In this document: piece by piece, positions 34,905 to 48,260 of the stretch | Position numbering within the stretch: the stretch's first letter is position 1 | Layout: the number at the start of each line of letters is the position of its first letter | Source of the DNA: Selaginella moellendorffii | Taxonomy: Eukaryota; Plantae; Lycopodiophyta | Reading direction: 5' to 3' | DNA: 64,000 bases | Assembly: GCF_000143415.4 (NCBI RefSeq) | Contig: NW_003314282.1 | Location: 1,321,374 to 1,385,373, forward strand | Translations under genes and position numbers: made by a program | Notes under the pieces: generated by a model | What the model was told of the DNA's origin: nothing | What the model saw: only the letters and a program-made list of their open reading frames with translations | The model's database searches: none

Positions 34905-37900
34905 ATCATCCCCTCCTCTCAGAATAATGAAAGACCATCAGAGTTCTCTTGTAGATGGGCCGGGATCTGGAGGAACATTAGGAGGAGGCATCAATAGATC
35001 TATAAGTGGTATTAACTATTTCTGATCTCTTTATACAAAGCGTTTCAACTATTGTACATGCACAATTTTTAGAGAATCAGCTTGCTGGACGTTATGGCAA
35101 ATTTCATAAACTTGTGGTCCAACTTGCCATAACACTCGATATGGTCCTTTCTATTGAGTAAGGAGCCCCTTAGATAAACCACGTACCGTAAGATGGGGAA
35201 AATAGACTAACACCAAGTCATCCACCTTGTACTCCACTGGTGGACGATGATGGGAGCTGTAACACCATTGTTATCCCACTTATATGCAGCCTAAATGTTT
35301 AGCAGACTCTACTTAGACAAGTGGAAAAATGCTCGTCAAATACTAATCCCATGATTTAGCATTAGCAGCTCGTGGTAATCGCGAAGGTAAACCTAGCTTT
35401 GTTGGTAATATTGGATCATGACCATATAGGAATTTATATAGTGAAGCACCAACAAAACTCTACACCCTTATGATATATGCATATTGAAGAGACCACAAAT
35501 AACCATCCCAATCCGAATGCTAAAAATTCACGTACTTCGCAATCATTCCTTTGAATGTCTGAACAAACCGTTCCACCAAACCATTTGACCGTGGATGATA
35601 AGAACTCAATGAAAGTGTGGCATATCCCCAATCAAGACGTCAAAACGTGAAATGCCTCAGCCATAAATACGGAACCATTATCCGAAAGAATCTGCTCTGG
35701 ATAAGAATGCTAGAACACCACTCGATTGAGGAGGAAGTATCCAATAGTAGTTGCAAAGGTGCTAGCTAGAGCACCAACTTCCATCCAACGAGTCAAATAA
35801 TCAGAAGCAATAATAATATATTCATTGCTAATAGTCAATCATGGAAAAGGTCCCATAAGATCAAATGCCACCAGCTCAAATGGATGAGAAACTGCAATTG
35901 ACTCCAACCATCCTTCTATGGCACGAGGGGGAGTATTACGAGCCTGGCACCAAACACAACTATGCACATACCGAATAACATCATGTTGCATCTCCAGCCA
36001 ATAGAAAGACCTACACAGTTTTTCGGTCACACAATGATGTCCCATATGCTTACCTAGAACAGAAGAATCATGGTAGGTATGGAGAAATCGTGGAATAAGA
36101 CAGAAGACACCACCAGCCGTAAAGGATCATTAGGATCCGTCCCCATAAAATAAAGAAGGCCATCTTCAAGGTGATATTGAGAATATAAATGCTGGAATAG
36201 CAAATCATTAGCAAGTGATATAGGATTCTCAAACCCATCTCAAAGCCTTCAAATCTATGGCTCAATCTTTTGAGCCTTGTGAACCTCATCAAAAGAAGGT
36301 AGATCTTACTCTGCACCTTGTGGACATTGAATGTCAAGTATTACAACTGCTAACAACACAGAATTTTCATTGAGAAAATCCACAGATGCTGAAACAACAA
36401 ACTCGCCAGAAATATGAGAAAAAAGTGAAGAAGAAAAAGGAGTTTGAGAAAGGGCATCAACATGAACCATAAAACTCCCCAGGCGATGAACAACATCAAA
36501 ATCATATATCTAAAGCTTCAAAGCCCATTGAACAGTATAACCAACCAGGTTCTTCTGCTTCAATAATGAAGTAATGGCAATATGATCATCTTCTAGTAAT
36601 GTGGAGAACCATGTAGATATGCATAAAGTTTTTCCAAACCCCAGACTGCTGCTAAACACTTGTTCTCTATTATGGAGTAGTTCACCTCTGCTAGTTGTAA
36701 TGTACAGTTTATACATGCAATGGTATGGCATTGACCAAACACATTTGGGCTTTCTTGCATCAACACATTGTAAGCAACCAAAGGGAACAACTCGAGAGAC
36801 GATCCATGGGGTTCAAATATAGAGGGAAAGGGCCCATAAACATGCACCCCTTTTTCCAATTGATTAAGGGTCTTGGGATATTTGGGGTTAAGTGTCTTTG
36901 GGTTTGAATAGTATTGGGCTGGGTGACTTTCCGGGAAGTCCAAATTTAGGGGTTTACACACACCTCTAAGACTAAGATCAGAAGCATCCACACGCAAAAT
37001 GAAATGTCGAGTGTAGTTAGGATATACCCAAATTGGAGGAGTCGTCAATACCTCTTTGAGATCCATGAACACTTGCTCACAATCCAGAGACTAGATAAAA
37101 GATGATCCACATGCAAAATGAAAGGTCGAGTGTAGTTAGAATATACCAAAACTATAGGAGTTGTCAATACCTCTTTGAGATCCATGAACACTCGCTCACA
37201 ATTCAGAGACTAGATAAAAGATGATCTTGATGACTTCAACAACACTCATAATGGTACAATGCGATTAGAAAGATGATCCACAAAACAACTGAGATATTGT
37301 ACCTTGCCCAGGAAATGTTACATATCATTTACACACTTTGGAGTAAGGAATTTTAGAACAGGCACAAGTTTGTTAGAATTAACTTGCAAATGTTCACAAG
37401 AAATATGCTACCTAAGATAAGTCAAGTCTTTAGACCTAAACACGCACTTTGACTACTTCAACTTTAAACCAACGCCCCGTAACCAATCCAACACTTTACA
37501 AACATCACGAATGTGTTCCTCCTATGTCACCTTCGAGTGGATCATGACATCATCAATGAAGTCAACAGTTACCTCTGGCATATCACAAAGAATCTCGTCC
37601 ATCATCTGCTGGAAAGTTGGTAGAGCATTATTCAAACCAAGTGACATCACCAAAAACTCATATAAACCAAAAGGTGTACGAAAAATAGTCTTAGGAATAT
37701 CTTCTTTGGCCATCGGTACTTGCTAGTACATAAAAGCAAGATCTAACTTGGTAAACCAACAACTTCTCCCTAGATAATCCAAGAGATCAACAGTATAAGA
37801 AAGAGGGTACACATTTGGAATCATCATGTCATTTAATGGATAATAGTTGATGCAGAAATAAATACTTCCATCAAGATGAGGTTCACATACCCAAGGACTT

Positions 37901-39500
37901 TGCAACTTTTGAATAACACCCTTTTCTGATATTTCCTTAATGTTTACACATAAAATCATGATCTCTTTGGGTGACTGACGACGAATAGAAACCTTGATTG
38001 GACGAGCCTCTCCAATTGACAATTTTGGCCCCAAAAGATAAGTTAAATTCAAAGAGATCAGCATACTCCTTCATGAGACGGTCAACTGTTGCAATATAAA
38101 GATTGTTGAAGGGATTGGAAAAGGGAAGAGCAAAACAAGACAGAAATATAAAAGGAAATAGTGGGGAGACAAAAGTAATCGAAGTAGAGGTAGAAGCAAA
38201 AGGACGAAGAAGTACAAAAGTGAGAGGAATGGATGAAATATAAGGAAGTATGAGACAAGGGGGAGAAGCCTCAAAGTCACACTTGGCATAATTGCACTGT
38301 AACCAATCCATACCAAGGATGAGGTCAAAAGCTTAACTTGGCACCATTTGCAATGACTGTAACCCAAGCTCAAGATCGCCCATATGCACAACCAGGTTTG
38401 CCTCGTCCCGTGCACATGCATGTGTACAACTGTTGCCATAAAGAATGAAAATTTTCTCTGTTGTACGATGCAAGTGTAGACAGCAACATGTGGCAATGGG
38501 TCAAGCAATAGAAGATAAACTCGAATTTATATCAACCAACATGGAGAGAATAATAGGAAACCTTTTGTTATAAAAACAAGCTTGGAAAGTAAACACTAGA
38601 TGAATTGGTGCCAAGTGAACCCCTTGATGATACTCCTGAAAGAAAGATGAAGGGGTCACTGACTTATTCACGCAAGGTCTCTCTATTACTTATGCGACTC
38701 CTTGTTTCCCGGATGCATCTCAGTGTCAAGACCTTCCATTGCAGCAACACCAATAGGACATTGTTGATGCTAAGGTCTCCACCTAGAAAATGGAGATCAA
38801 TCTGGAAAATGCTGACAACACTGATAAGTGTGACCAACTTCATCACATGCCCAATAGCAAATGTCATGGCCACAACCATGTCCTCGCCCTTATCCTTAGA
38901 CTCAAACAGTAGCAATATCAACCTTTATTAGAACATGACTATTGCTCATAGAAAGTGGAGCGGAAGGACGTGCAGTGAGAAGTGGAAGATGCGACATCTC
39001 ATAATGTTGTGCCAAGCGAAAAGCATTGTCAAGGGTGGCTAAAGCAAGTGCATGCATAAGTCTGACCAAATCTTGACGAAGTGTTGGCCATAACATTCCT
39101 AGCTTGATTTGTTCCAATATATTTGGCTCCACACGAAGCAAGAGGCTTCAAAAACAAATGCCAAATTGCATCACTGACTCAGATAGCCCTTGACAAAAAT
39201 GATGCAAATGTTAAAAAGCATCATCACAATCATTACAAATTTGAATGTGTGTTTGAAGGCATTTGGGAAAACACTCTAATCCCCACGAGTGGCTGCACTC
39301 AAACCATTGTACCACTGCAGCACCATCCCTTGGAGACATATGAGAAACTCATACAAATATTAAGCATCATCCCAAGAATGATATATAGCAATCATTGTGA
39401 AATGATCGAACCAATGGTACACAATGGTAGATGGTTGTTTAGAGATTGTGGCCCTAATTTGGATTGATGCTCATCATGTAACTCATCACGAATGACAACA
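34905..39500 (-). mobile_element. Degenerate Ty3/Gypsy LTR retrotransposon internal region (gag-PR-RT-RNaseH-IN), no chromodomain seen
   Basis: Zn-knuckle remnant (C..ACDEVGHTYQC, about 38830), RT KTIFRTPFGLYEFLVMSLGL..FIDDV, RNaseH FILRVDASD and NYS..E.KCLAAVWGL, integrase C..CQ, PFELVAFDLMGPF and GPYRV. PPT GAGAGGAGGGGATGA (34920-34906) abuts TG at 34905. Many stops. Confidence 0.9.
36988..37226. repeat. About 120-bp tandem duplication inside the Gypsy RT/RNaseH junction
   Basis: Two adjacent diverged copies of GCAAAATGAAA.GTCGAGTGTAGTTAG...CTAGATAAAAGATGATC. Confidence 0.85.
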
Positions 39501-40049
39501 ATTTGGATGATACTAGCAATTTTTTAGTATCACCAAAGGGATAGGGACCAGGCAGATGGCATGGTGTATGTGGCAAGAGACTAAGTGGCCTCATATGGCT
39601 AATAAATTCTTGACGTGTTTGAATAGTGTAACCAAATAGTACAAGCTATCAGTAGCTAAGATCATAGAACTTGGGATCAAAAGCACTTTATTTCCTTTAT
39701 TTGTTATATCTATTTCTTCTAATAAAATTGTGCTAGTATGAACCTATAGTTTTGGAAAAAGTAATTCAAGACACTCTTCCCATTTTGAAATTGAACTGAA
39801 CTTTTACCTGTTTGATGCAAATGCTAGTACATCTATTCAAAATCTTCCTTTTGGTAGATGTCCAAACATATAATGTTTTGCCTTTGTAGGGTCTTTATTC
39901 CAGTAAGATGTTATAGATACTTTTGGTCCATAAAATTGGTCAAGCAAATGTGAAGGTATAGTTACTTAGCATGTGTCTTTTCCAAGGTGACACTAACCTT
40001 TTAATGTGACATGCTCTTTAATAGGATCTGCATAATTACATATTTTACA

Positions 40050-41473
40050 ATTTGCTTCATTTTTTGAAGTTTGTTGCAATCTTGATCTATTAGATAAATT
40101 TCAAAAAATGAACTAAACTTTTAGACTCTCTATAGCATCACGGTTGCTAATAGTAACATGTTCAAACACCCATTTGATTCTTCACTCCCAACATGCATAA
40201 CCACCTTTAGTTATGCTTTTTGATTCTAATAGTTCAGTTTTATCCCTTTATTACTTATTTTTGGCCTTATGCCTTCTTTATAATTATTCTTCTCTCGTAT
40301 AGAAGGGTAATTTTGCAAGTATAACCTACTCAATAACTTAGGGAGTGATTCTTCAATTTAGATATGCTCACCATGTAATCCCACATACTGGAATTAATGT
40401 TGCTACGTATAGGCTTCTTTATACCCATTACTAGCCATGCCAAAATCCCTTTTTCAATTTAGATAGATGGACTTCTAACACTTTTTATTCATTATTCGCT
40501 AGGGGTTTAGTCTCTTAGGCCTTATCTAATGCCGTCATGATTTTAAACACCATTCTTTGGTGTTTTAGAGTGTTTTAGTGTTCCAATGATGATTTTCTTT
40601 GACAATGAGCATTTCCCTTTATGACATTGATTTACTATCTCTCAACATAAGTAATTTATCCCTTGAAGGGGTACATTTAACCTCCTTATCCCAATAAAAA
40701 ATCTTAGGTAGTTAACTTCTACCAATCCAATCAATTATTTTGCATTTTTTACTTAATTTCCTCATAGTTGTCAAGTTTTACAACCCATTGCTAGTGCTTC
40801 CATACTTCCATCATTATTTGGGTCACCACACTCTAATCGTATGCCTTCCAATGTAGGTTATGTCATTCCCATTTCCATTGGGATTCATTTAGCAAGAGGT
40901 TCTCATGAACCCACTAATTTAACCTCAAAGTATTACACTTTAGTACATTTGGTGTCTCCACACCATCAGCTTTACAAGCCTACCTTACAATACTTTTCAC
41001 GTGTGTCTAGGTTTTTGCCAAGACTAAAGCAGTCATTTCTCATGCCAACTATTACTTAGCTTTACACCATAGTGTTCACACATAACTCTACGCCAAAGTT
41101 GTTTCCTACTGGAAACACCTTTTCTAGGACTTTAGTATGACATATTTTGCCATTAATGAGATACCCACTATTCTCATACTTGGATCTTATGATCTTCCCC
41201 GTCTTTTGTAGGGTACAACACACTTCAGTCCAAATGTTTCCATCAATTCTTTAAGACTATTTCTTGACTCCACTCGAGTCATTCAGCTTTTTGGACTTTG
41301 TTAATTCGATGACCCGTAAAGTCCTAGCCTCCTAGCTATTTTTGAGATGCTAGTTCATTAAAATACATCTTTTTGTATTCATGTCTTATTCATAAAAACA
41401 ATCTTTGCAAGTGTTATTTTGACACTTGATTATTTTCCGTTTCTTATAGATTACTTTTGCCTCTTAGGACTAC
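40050..41473 (-). mobile_element. Internal-region fragment of LTR family A (old copy)
   Basis: Colinear with 45240-46345 and 53950-55262. Ends at TTAGGACTAC, where LTR-A1 is inserted. Confidence 0.75.
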
Positions 41474-42467
41474 TGTAAGCGACTAATTTTTCCATTTTAC
41501 TTTAGTCGCTTAACCACACCTCCGACCACTTGGAGGAGTCTCACTCACAACCCCCGTAAGTCCTATTTTGGACTTGGGCTTACTAGCCCCGAGAATGGCA
41601 TCCCCGCCACTCAACATATGCACTTGGTCCAAGTGCTCCACGTGTCCGATCCCATAAATGACACCCCAAGGTACCACCAACATATCAGCCTATTACGCTA
41701 AGGCCATGTCCATTCACCTTGGTCACAACGATGGTTTAACACCACCTGCATCTTAGTCCCGTCACTCAAAGACTGGGCCATCCATCCACGAGTGATCATC
41801 CCAGATCCACTCCTTAGCATCCTTAGGATGCCCACAAACATGGGGATTAGCCTTCTCCAATATCTCCGTTCTAATCCCCACCAAGTCCCTTTTCGTCCTT
41901 GGCTGTGCTCGCCAACACTGCCACTGGATCAAGGCCCACGGGCCCGATCACTAAGTCCCGCTGTCCTCTAGGACTTCCTCCCTGTGTGACCGTGTCCTTG
42001 GTCACCACACCAGAGGACTACTCCTCTTCCTTTCCACAGTCTAGGACTTTGGGACGACATTTCGGAACACCGTGGCCCTACGCGGGCCTCGTGGGTACTC
42101 TCCCTGCCTTTCGCCTTTAGATGCTCTAGCCATGGGCTTAGAGCGAGGTTCCATTGAGCCACACTAGGTATCCAAGTAGGTAGTGCCACCCACACTTGGA
42201 CTGGGAGCATCGGCCAGACGATCTCCCGGGGGAACTAGAGCCGGCTCTTGAACACTTCACCAAGCTACCCCGCTTATCGGTCCATGTTCACTCTAGTCTT
42301 GGACTTCCCAGTGGTCAGCTCATCACCCAACACTGGGTGCAGCCTCTCTGGGCCAAACTGGCCTTTCCTGGCCAAACTGGCTCCACTGCAGTCCTCCCCC
42401 TTACTATACTTTTGGATCTCACCAAACCCCCCATGGTCTGGGAGACGAACGCTTTGGGCTTTCTCGG

Positions 42468-42503
<36 letters not shown>

Positions 42504-42515
42504 CTCGGACTCGGA

Positions 42516-42564
<49 letters not shown>

Positions 42565-42919
42565 CACCTCGGACTTCGTCTCGGACTCCATCTCGGTCCA
42601 CCTCGGACTCCATCTCGGACTCCGTCTCGGTCCACCTCGGACTCCATCTCGGACTCCATCTCGGTCCACCTTGGACTCCATCTCGGACACTTCCACGTGT
42701 CATGTGTTGGTCCTTTTGGGTCCCTTTTTGGAGCCTCGCTTATTGCTCGCTTCATGCTCGTTCCTTGAGCACTCCGTTGGGAGTTCCACTCCCACTCTCA
42801 ACCTTTCAAGTCGGAGCCTTTTTGTCCAAACGTGTTACGCTCGTTTGGCTTTTGCTTCGGCCACTACCACGTGGCACCCTTTTGGCTCCACTTTGGGGCT
42901 TAGGGATTTGTGTCTCACA
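41474..42919 (-). mobile_element. LTR of family A (A1, about 1446 bp, least decayed copy), 3' LTR of a minus-strand element
   Basis: TGTAAG...CTCACA termini. Purine-rich GGGTGGTGGAGT lies directly before it on the minus strand. Homologous to 44106-44298, 49877-51387, 52500-52812 and 55792-57383. Confidence 0.85.
42463..42690. repeat. Hexamer microsatellite (GGTCTC/GGACTC)n and TCGGACTCCATC 12-mer repeats inside LTR-A1
   Basis: Perfect CTCGGT/CTCGGA arrays. Degenerate equivalents at about 50875-51045 and 56755-57170. Confidence 0.95.
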
Positions 42920-45900
42920 ACTCCACCACCCATAGACGAAGTTCGATGTCCTCATCGAACGGTAAACCCTTTTATAAAGTAACACCCACATGTATTACCG
43001 TTTCCATCCTTGGCCCCCAACCAATATTTGTCTATGGTTTGACACCAAAGGCGCACCATGCCTTGTCCATCCTCTAAGGAGCATAGTCTCTCCAATATAG
43101 AGACTCATTCAACCACTTGGGGTGGTTTGCTCCCTTTTATTAGTTTAGTTCTTGCTAAACCTGTTAGAGACTCCCTCTCTAACTCAATTCCACTACTCAT
43201 TCTCGAATAGTCTCAGATTCCATTGACATAACTTTGCACTTTGGAACTTTTAATTTTGACTTCTCAAAATCAATTTCCTAGGTGTCTCCGACATCTTACG
43301 TTGCACATGGTGCAACTCCACTTCCCTATCCTAGGAAGTTCTTTACTTGAGGATACCATCATCTTCTCTTTGATATCGTGCCACCTTTGACACTAAGTTT
43401 CAGTTATCATAATTGGTGCTAGGGCTGCCCACAGCCCTATTATTTGGCTACCTTACCGCTCCCCCCTTTGGAGCATCCACTTCGCCAAATCGGAGCGGTT
43501 GGGAATCCACCCTTAGGGAAACTTTGCCTTTCTCACAATCTGTTAGTACCCAACACATTAGTGTTCTCGGCCTAACTTTGCCATTTGGATTCTTTCCCAA
43601 GATTCCCATGGCTCTTTTCTTAGCCACTAGTCTTTTGCTCCTATCCATTGATTGTTGCATCAAGCAACAAAGGATCACTACCTCCCTCTTTGAGGTATTC
43701 TTTTGGTTCCATGGCAAAGCTCCACTTCGCCAAGTCTAGAGGGTGCTCACCCCTAGTAGGTCTCTTTAACAACTTCTGCTATGGGCCCCTTCTACAGCCC
43801 AACATTGTGACCCTCCTATAGGTCCTTTCTAGAGACTATTTTCTTGAACTCACAATACCATTGTATTGTCATAGTTCATTTCCCTTAGGTGTCCTTCCCA
43901 CTTAATCACCTTAACCAAGCCACACTATTATTAATAATTCAAATTAATGCTTTGAACTAGGAACCTTGTTCCTTAACCTCAAAAGGACCTTGTCCTTGTT
44001 TAGCCATACGATCACCTAGTGATCTAATCTTGACCCCTTAATAGGTCTACCCATAGGAACTAGGTCTTCTAGACCCCTCCATGTTGTTTAGGGTTTAGGG
44101 TCTAGTGTAAGCGACTAAATTTTTCCATTCTACTTTAGTCACTTAACCACACCTCCAACCACTTTGAGGAGTCTCACTCACAACCTCCATAAGTCCTATT
44201 TCAGACTTGGGTTTGCTAGTCCCGAGAATGGCATCCCCGCCACTCAACCTTTGCACTTGATCCAAGTGCTCCATGTGTCCAATCCCATGACCGACACCTT
44301 AACAGATTTGCCAATAGGTATTAGGTCTCCCAGACCTTTAACTTGTTGACCATGACCCCGGGGGCATCCCCCACACTTGGCGGTGTGCCCAAGCTAGCCC
44401 TTCTGGCCAAGGGTCCATAGCAATTGAGACTGGGTGTCCCCATCTCATTCACTCATTCACTATGTCCTTGGTGCCACTCACACCAAAGTGTTCAAGTTAA
44501 ATATGCCGAGCCACACTAAGCAATCTAACCGTGTATCACGACTCCGGAGCATCCCCCGCTTGGCGGTGTGCCCAAGCCAGTCTCCTCATTAAGAGTCCAT
44601 GACCACCGAAAAATGAATGTCCTCATATTCCAAACCATCACCACACCCTAGTGATTTGGGACTCGAACCCAAGCACTAGAGGGTCGGGACTCGAACCTAA
44701 CCTCCGTATATGCATCTACGGACGGCATCACACCGGATGCCTAGTGTGACTCCCCACGCCGATGCACCAACTTATATTTAAAGCACGCTACAGATCACAG
44801 CTTAGGAACCTAGTTCCTCCACACTGCCAAGTCCTATTACTTGACAAGTCTGTGATCATGCATGGACTCCTCCATGCTTGGCCCCATGGCCCACCCTTTT
44901 TGAAGTTATCACCTTCAACTAGGGTATTTGTTCCCCCGATTTGCCAATCTCGCTTGGCAAGTCCTTTGACCACTGTAACATGGTTCCTGCATAAGCGTGA
45001 AAGTCCTTGACCATCGACTTTCGTTCAAAGCCCTCTCTTTGAACACTCGGGAACTACTTCCCTAACCTTGATAGCCTTGCCTCGTGGCAAGCTTCAAGAC
45101 CACGCTTCTGCTGCGCCACTCTGATTTCGCGCGTTCCATGAATCATTTACACTTGGCCTTTTTAGGTATTAAGCTACCTAGAATCGTCTTTGGGAACCTT
45201 GAAGGAACTCTGTCCCTTAGCTTGCTAAGGCCTCCCTTTTGCAAGCTTTATAGTTGCCATATAGTCTAACATGGACAATTCCATATTTAGACTCCGCATG
45301 GCATCACGGGTTGCTAGCAATAACATCCTCGAGCACCCTCTTGATTCTCCACTCCCAACTTGCATAACCACTGTTGAATATGCCCTTCGATTTCTATGGT
45401 TCAATTCCATCCCTATACTACTTGCCTTTTGGCCCCATATGTTTCCTTTGGTTATTCTCCTCCAGACTAGGAGGATAGCTTTGCACATTTTACTATGCCT
45501 TAGCAAGTATTCTTAGGGATGAACCTACCCGATAGCCTAGGGAGTGGTTCTTCAATCATGGGCATGCTCACCTTATAATCCCACACATCGGGATTAACGT
45601 TGCTGCTTATGGGCCTTTACATGCCCATCACTAGCCTGGCCAAAATTCCATTTTTGGCTTTGTTCAATTCGGGTAGACAGTCTTCTCCTGTCTCCGCAAC
45701 CTTGGACATTTGGATAGCACCTACTATCCATCATTCGCTAGGGACTTAGTCCCTTGGGCCTTATCTATTGCCCTTGCGACACGAAACACCACCTCCTAGT
45801 GTTCTAGAGTGTTTGGGTGTCTCAATGATGGCCTCCTGACAATGAGCATTTGCGTTTACGACATTGATTTATTATATCGCAACATAAGCAATTTATCCCC

Positions 45901-46345
45901 CATAAGGGTATATCTAACTTCCTTATGCTATTAAAAAGTCTTGGGTAGCTACCTTCTACCCATTTAACCAATTACCTTGCACCTCTTGCTTAGTTGCCCC
46001 ATAGTTGTCAAGTCCTACAACTCATTGTTTGATGCTTCCACACCTCCATCATTATCTGGGTCACCACACTCCAACTGCATGCCTTCCAGCTTAGGCCATG
46101 CCATTCCCACTTCCGTTGGGATTCCCTTGGCAAGGGGTTCTTATGAACCCATCATCATAACCTCAAGGTATCACACTTTGGCACATTTAGTGTCTCCACA
46201 CCATCGGCCCCACGGGCCTACTCTTATGACACTACTTATTAGTGTCTAGGTCTTGCCAAGACCAATATAGTTGTTCCTCATGCTAACTATCCATTAGCAC
46301 CGCACCATAGTGTTTGCACCTAACTCTGGGCCAAAGTTGTTTTCT
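42920..46345 (-). mobile_element. Family A internal region with nested partial LTR (44106-44298) and a nested second element (about 44300-45150)
   Basis: Colinear with 52813-54900 except for extra sequence at about 43890-45220. No RT or IN motifs recognised. Confidence 0.7.
44648..44769 (-). other. tRNA-Gly-type primer-binding site (44769-44758) followed by a tRNA-like cloverleaf (44746-44674) and a second T-arm hairpin (44672-44656)
   Basis: Minus strand TGGTGCATCGGC. Stems CACTAG/CTAGTG, GCATC/GATGC, TCCGTA/TACGGA, GGTTAGG-TTCGAGT-CCCGACC and TTGGG-TTCGAGT-CCCAA. Confidence 0.6.
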
Positions 46346-46347
46346 TT

Positions 46348-46690
46348 TGAGATTGAAATAATGCCAAACTCTATTTGGCTCTATTTTGAGTGTTGATCTT
46401 AGAATTGGGATGCTAGATGTTTTAGAACTGTTTTTATATCACTTTATGCTCCTATCCCTTTGCTTTTTGGGCTATATGCTCAGGAGTCCTTCCATGTTCT
46501 GCTCCCTTCACTCCTTGGTTTTATGTTTAGGAGTTTGGCTCTGTTCCTTCATTTAGTAGCCCAAGGCCTTGAAACTTAGATTCCACTCCATTGTCTTTGG
46601 ACACATAGCATGTGGCACATTGAGGGTTTAAGTTTTATTTTGTGGTTATCCTATGGTAAATCACCATAAAATAAAGGGTGAAAACCAAAT
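46348..46690 (+). repeat. Dispersed repeat (probable LTR family B), with an inverted copy at about 52020-52365
   Basis: TTTGGCTCTGTTCCTT, TTCCACTCCA.TGTC.TTGGACA and ATAAAGGGTGAAAACCA all match the reverse complement of 52020-52365. Confidence 0.75.
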
Positions 46691-47049
46691 ACATTATAGC
46701 CATCTAGATCTCCATGTCACTCAGCATCATGACTACTTGAGGTTTATGGAAGATCCTATGTGCCTGGGTAGGGTTGATATAGAGATCCTTATTTTACTCA
46801 TTGTTGACACACTTGACATATCTTCTTTTTTTCTTTTTGTAGAGTTGCCAAAAAGTGTGTCTCACTTTGGCTGGGTCTACTACCCCTGCATGTAACTCTT
46901 GTCATTTGGTGCCAAGTGCTATAGAGCATTCTATGTCCCACTAGCAAGCCTTTGGGAGCCTAATAGCCCGTTTGACCTTGCATAGGCCAAAAATGTTGGT
47001 GGCTGCTGTGATAAGAGCCTAGACCAAGTGTGTTGTATGTTGGTATGGC

Positions 47050-48260
47050 GTGGGCATGTTTTGTAACCAAGACTCTTGGAATTTTTCTTGAAACTTTGGG
47101 ATGTCCTATGAGCAGATATAGAAGTTTGGCCTAGCAATGGAGATATGAGGTGGACTTCTAGCTAGATGCTAAGTGGATAGTGGTATGAGATCTTGGAATT
47201 GGGAAAGTCCTGGAGGTGGCAGTCAACCATAATGTCAATTGTAGCTTATGAGATGAGAGCATAGTCATTAGTGTTGGTGGTGCCATTCATGATGAGCAAT
47301 TGCATTGTTGTGTAGAAGTTGAGAAGTTTGATGCCACTTGGGAGGTGTTTTTTGTCTTTCTAAAGAAGTATATGCATTTTGCATTGTGATTTTTTCACAA
47401 GGCATTTCTTGAGTTAGGAATTGAGATCAGGATTTCTCCAAGTCCAAATTCTTGACTTAAATGATTGGGCATGTAGTGGTTATATAGGTTAGTGATAGCA
47501 CACCAAACCTATCCCCTTTCTGTCTTTTTTATCCTTGGCCATAATAACATACACTCCACTTACTCAACATCTACTCTTCTCTTACATGTTTATCTTATTC
47601 ATTACCTTCTAGGGATCAAAGCTATGAGATGTAGATCAATCTCAACATCAACATCTTTGCAACAATACATGGCTAAGTATTTCTTTCCTTTTTATGTTTG
47701 GATTTAAATTAGATTAGAGAGGATTCACAGGTGATTTTGTAGTTCTCCACTTTCATATGTGTGTGTTGAAGGTCATTTGGTGCTTTGATCAGGTCACCTC
47801 CTTGCTCAACTAGTGCCTGGCTTGATCCCGTGTACACGTTGAAGTCCCCAAGCATCACAATTGTGGCTTATGTCTGCCACTATTTGATTGTGCAAGCTAG
47901 ATGGTCGAAGGGGTGACTATCATTTATCATTGTGGATAATGAGAAGTAGCAGCCGACCACAATTAATTGTTCAGTGGTGTTCAACTGAAACTTGAGTGTA
48001 CTGAAGTTCATGGTGGGGTTGTGGCTGACTTCTTGGACCACGTGGTGTATGGCTTGCTTGACATTTATGCAAGTCCCCCCAAGTCCTTTATTGAGTGGAT
48101 GTTTGGGGTGTGGAGTATGTGATGTACCTAGGGTATTGTGGGGGACAGGTTTTTGGACTCTCCCATGTATCACTAAGGATCGTGATGTTATACCTACTCA
48201 TTTTGCTTAGTCTATTGCAGCCCTCGAACATTCCATGCTCCAACTAAGATTCACATGTTC
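47050..48260 (-). mobile_element. Degenerate non-LTR retrotransposon (LINE) ORF2 AP-endonuclease remnant
   Basis: Minus-strand GAWNVRGL (about 48243-48219), ILSDTW, GLGGTCINVK, LIVVGCY and SGIKLLNF...LLIMNG, in APE-domain order, with stops. Confidence 0.7.

Noticed and set aside
42196-42982. RS-, ET- and RD-repeat ORFs resembling SR splicing factors
   Set aside because: They arise from a hexamer microsatellite inside an LTR. No RRM is present, and the homologous region is disrupted in other copies.
44674-44746. A bona fide tRNA gene
   Set aside because: Six-bp acceptor-like stem, 8-nt middle loop, no variable loop and no clear A-box. Reported only as tRNA-like.
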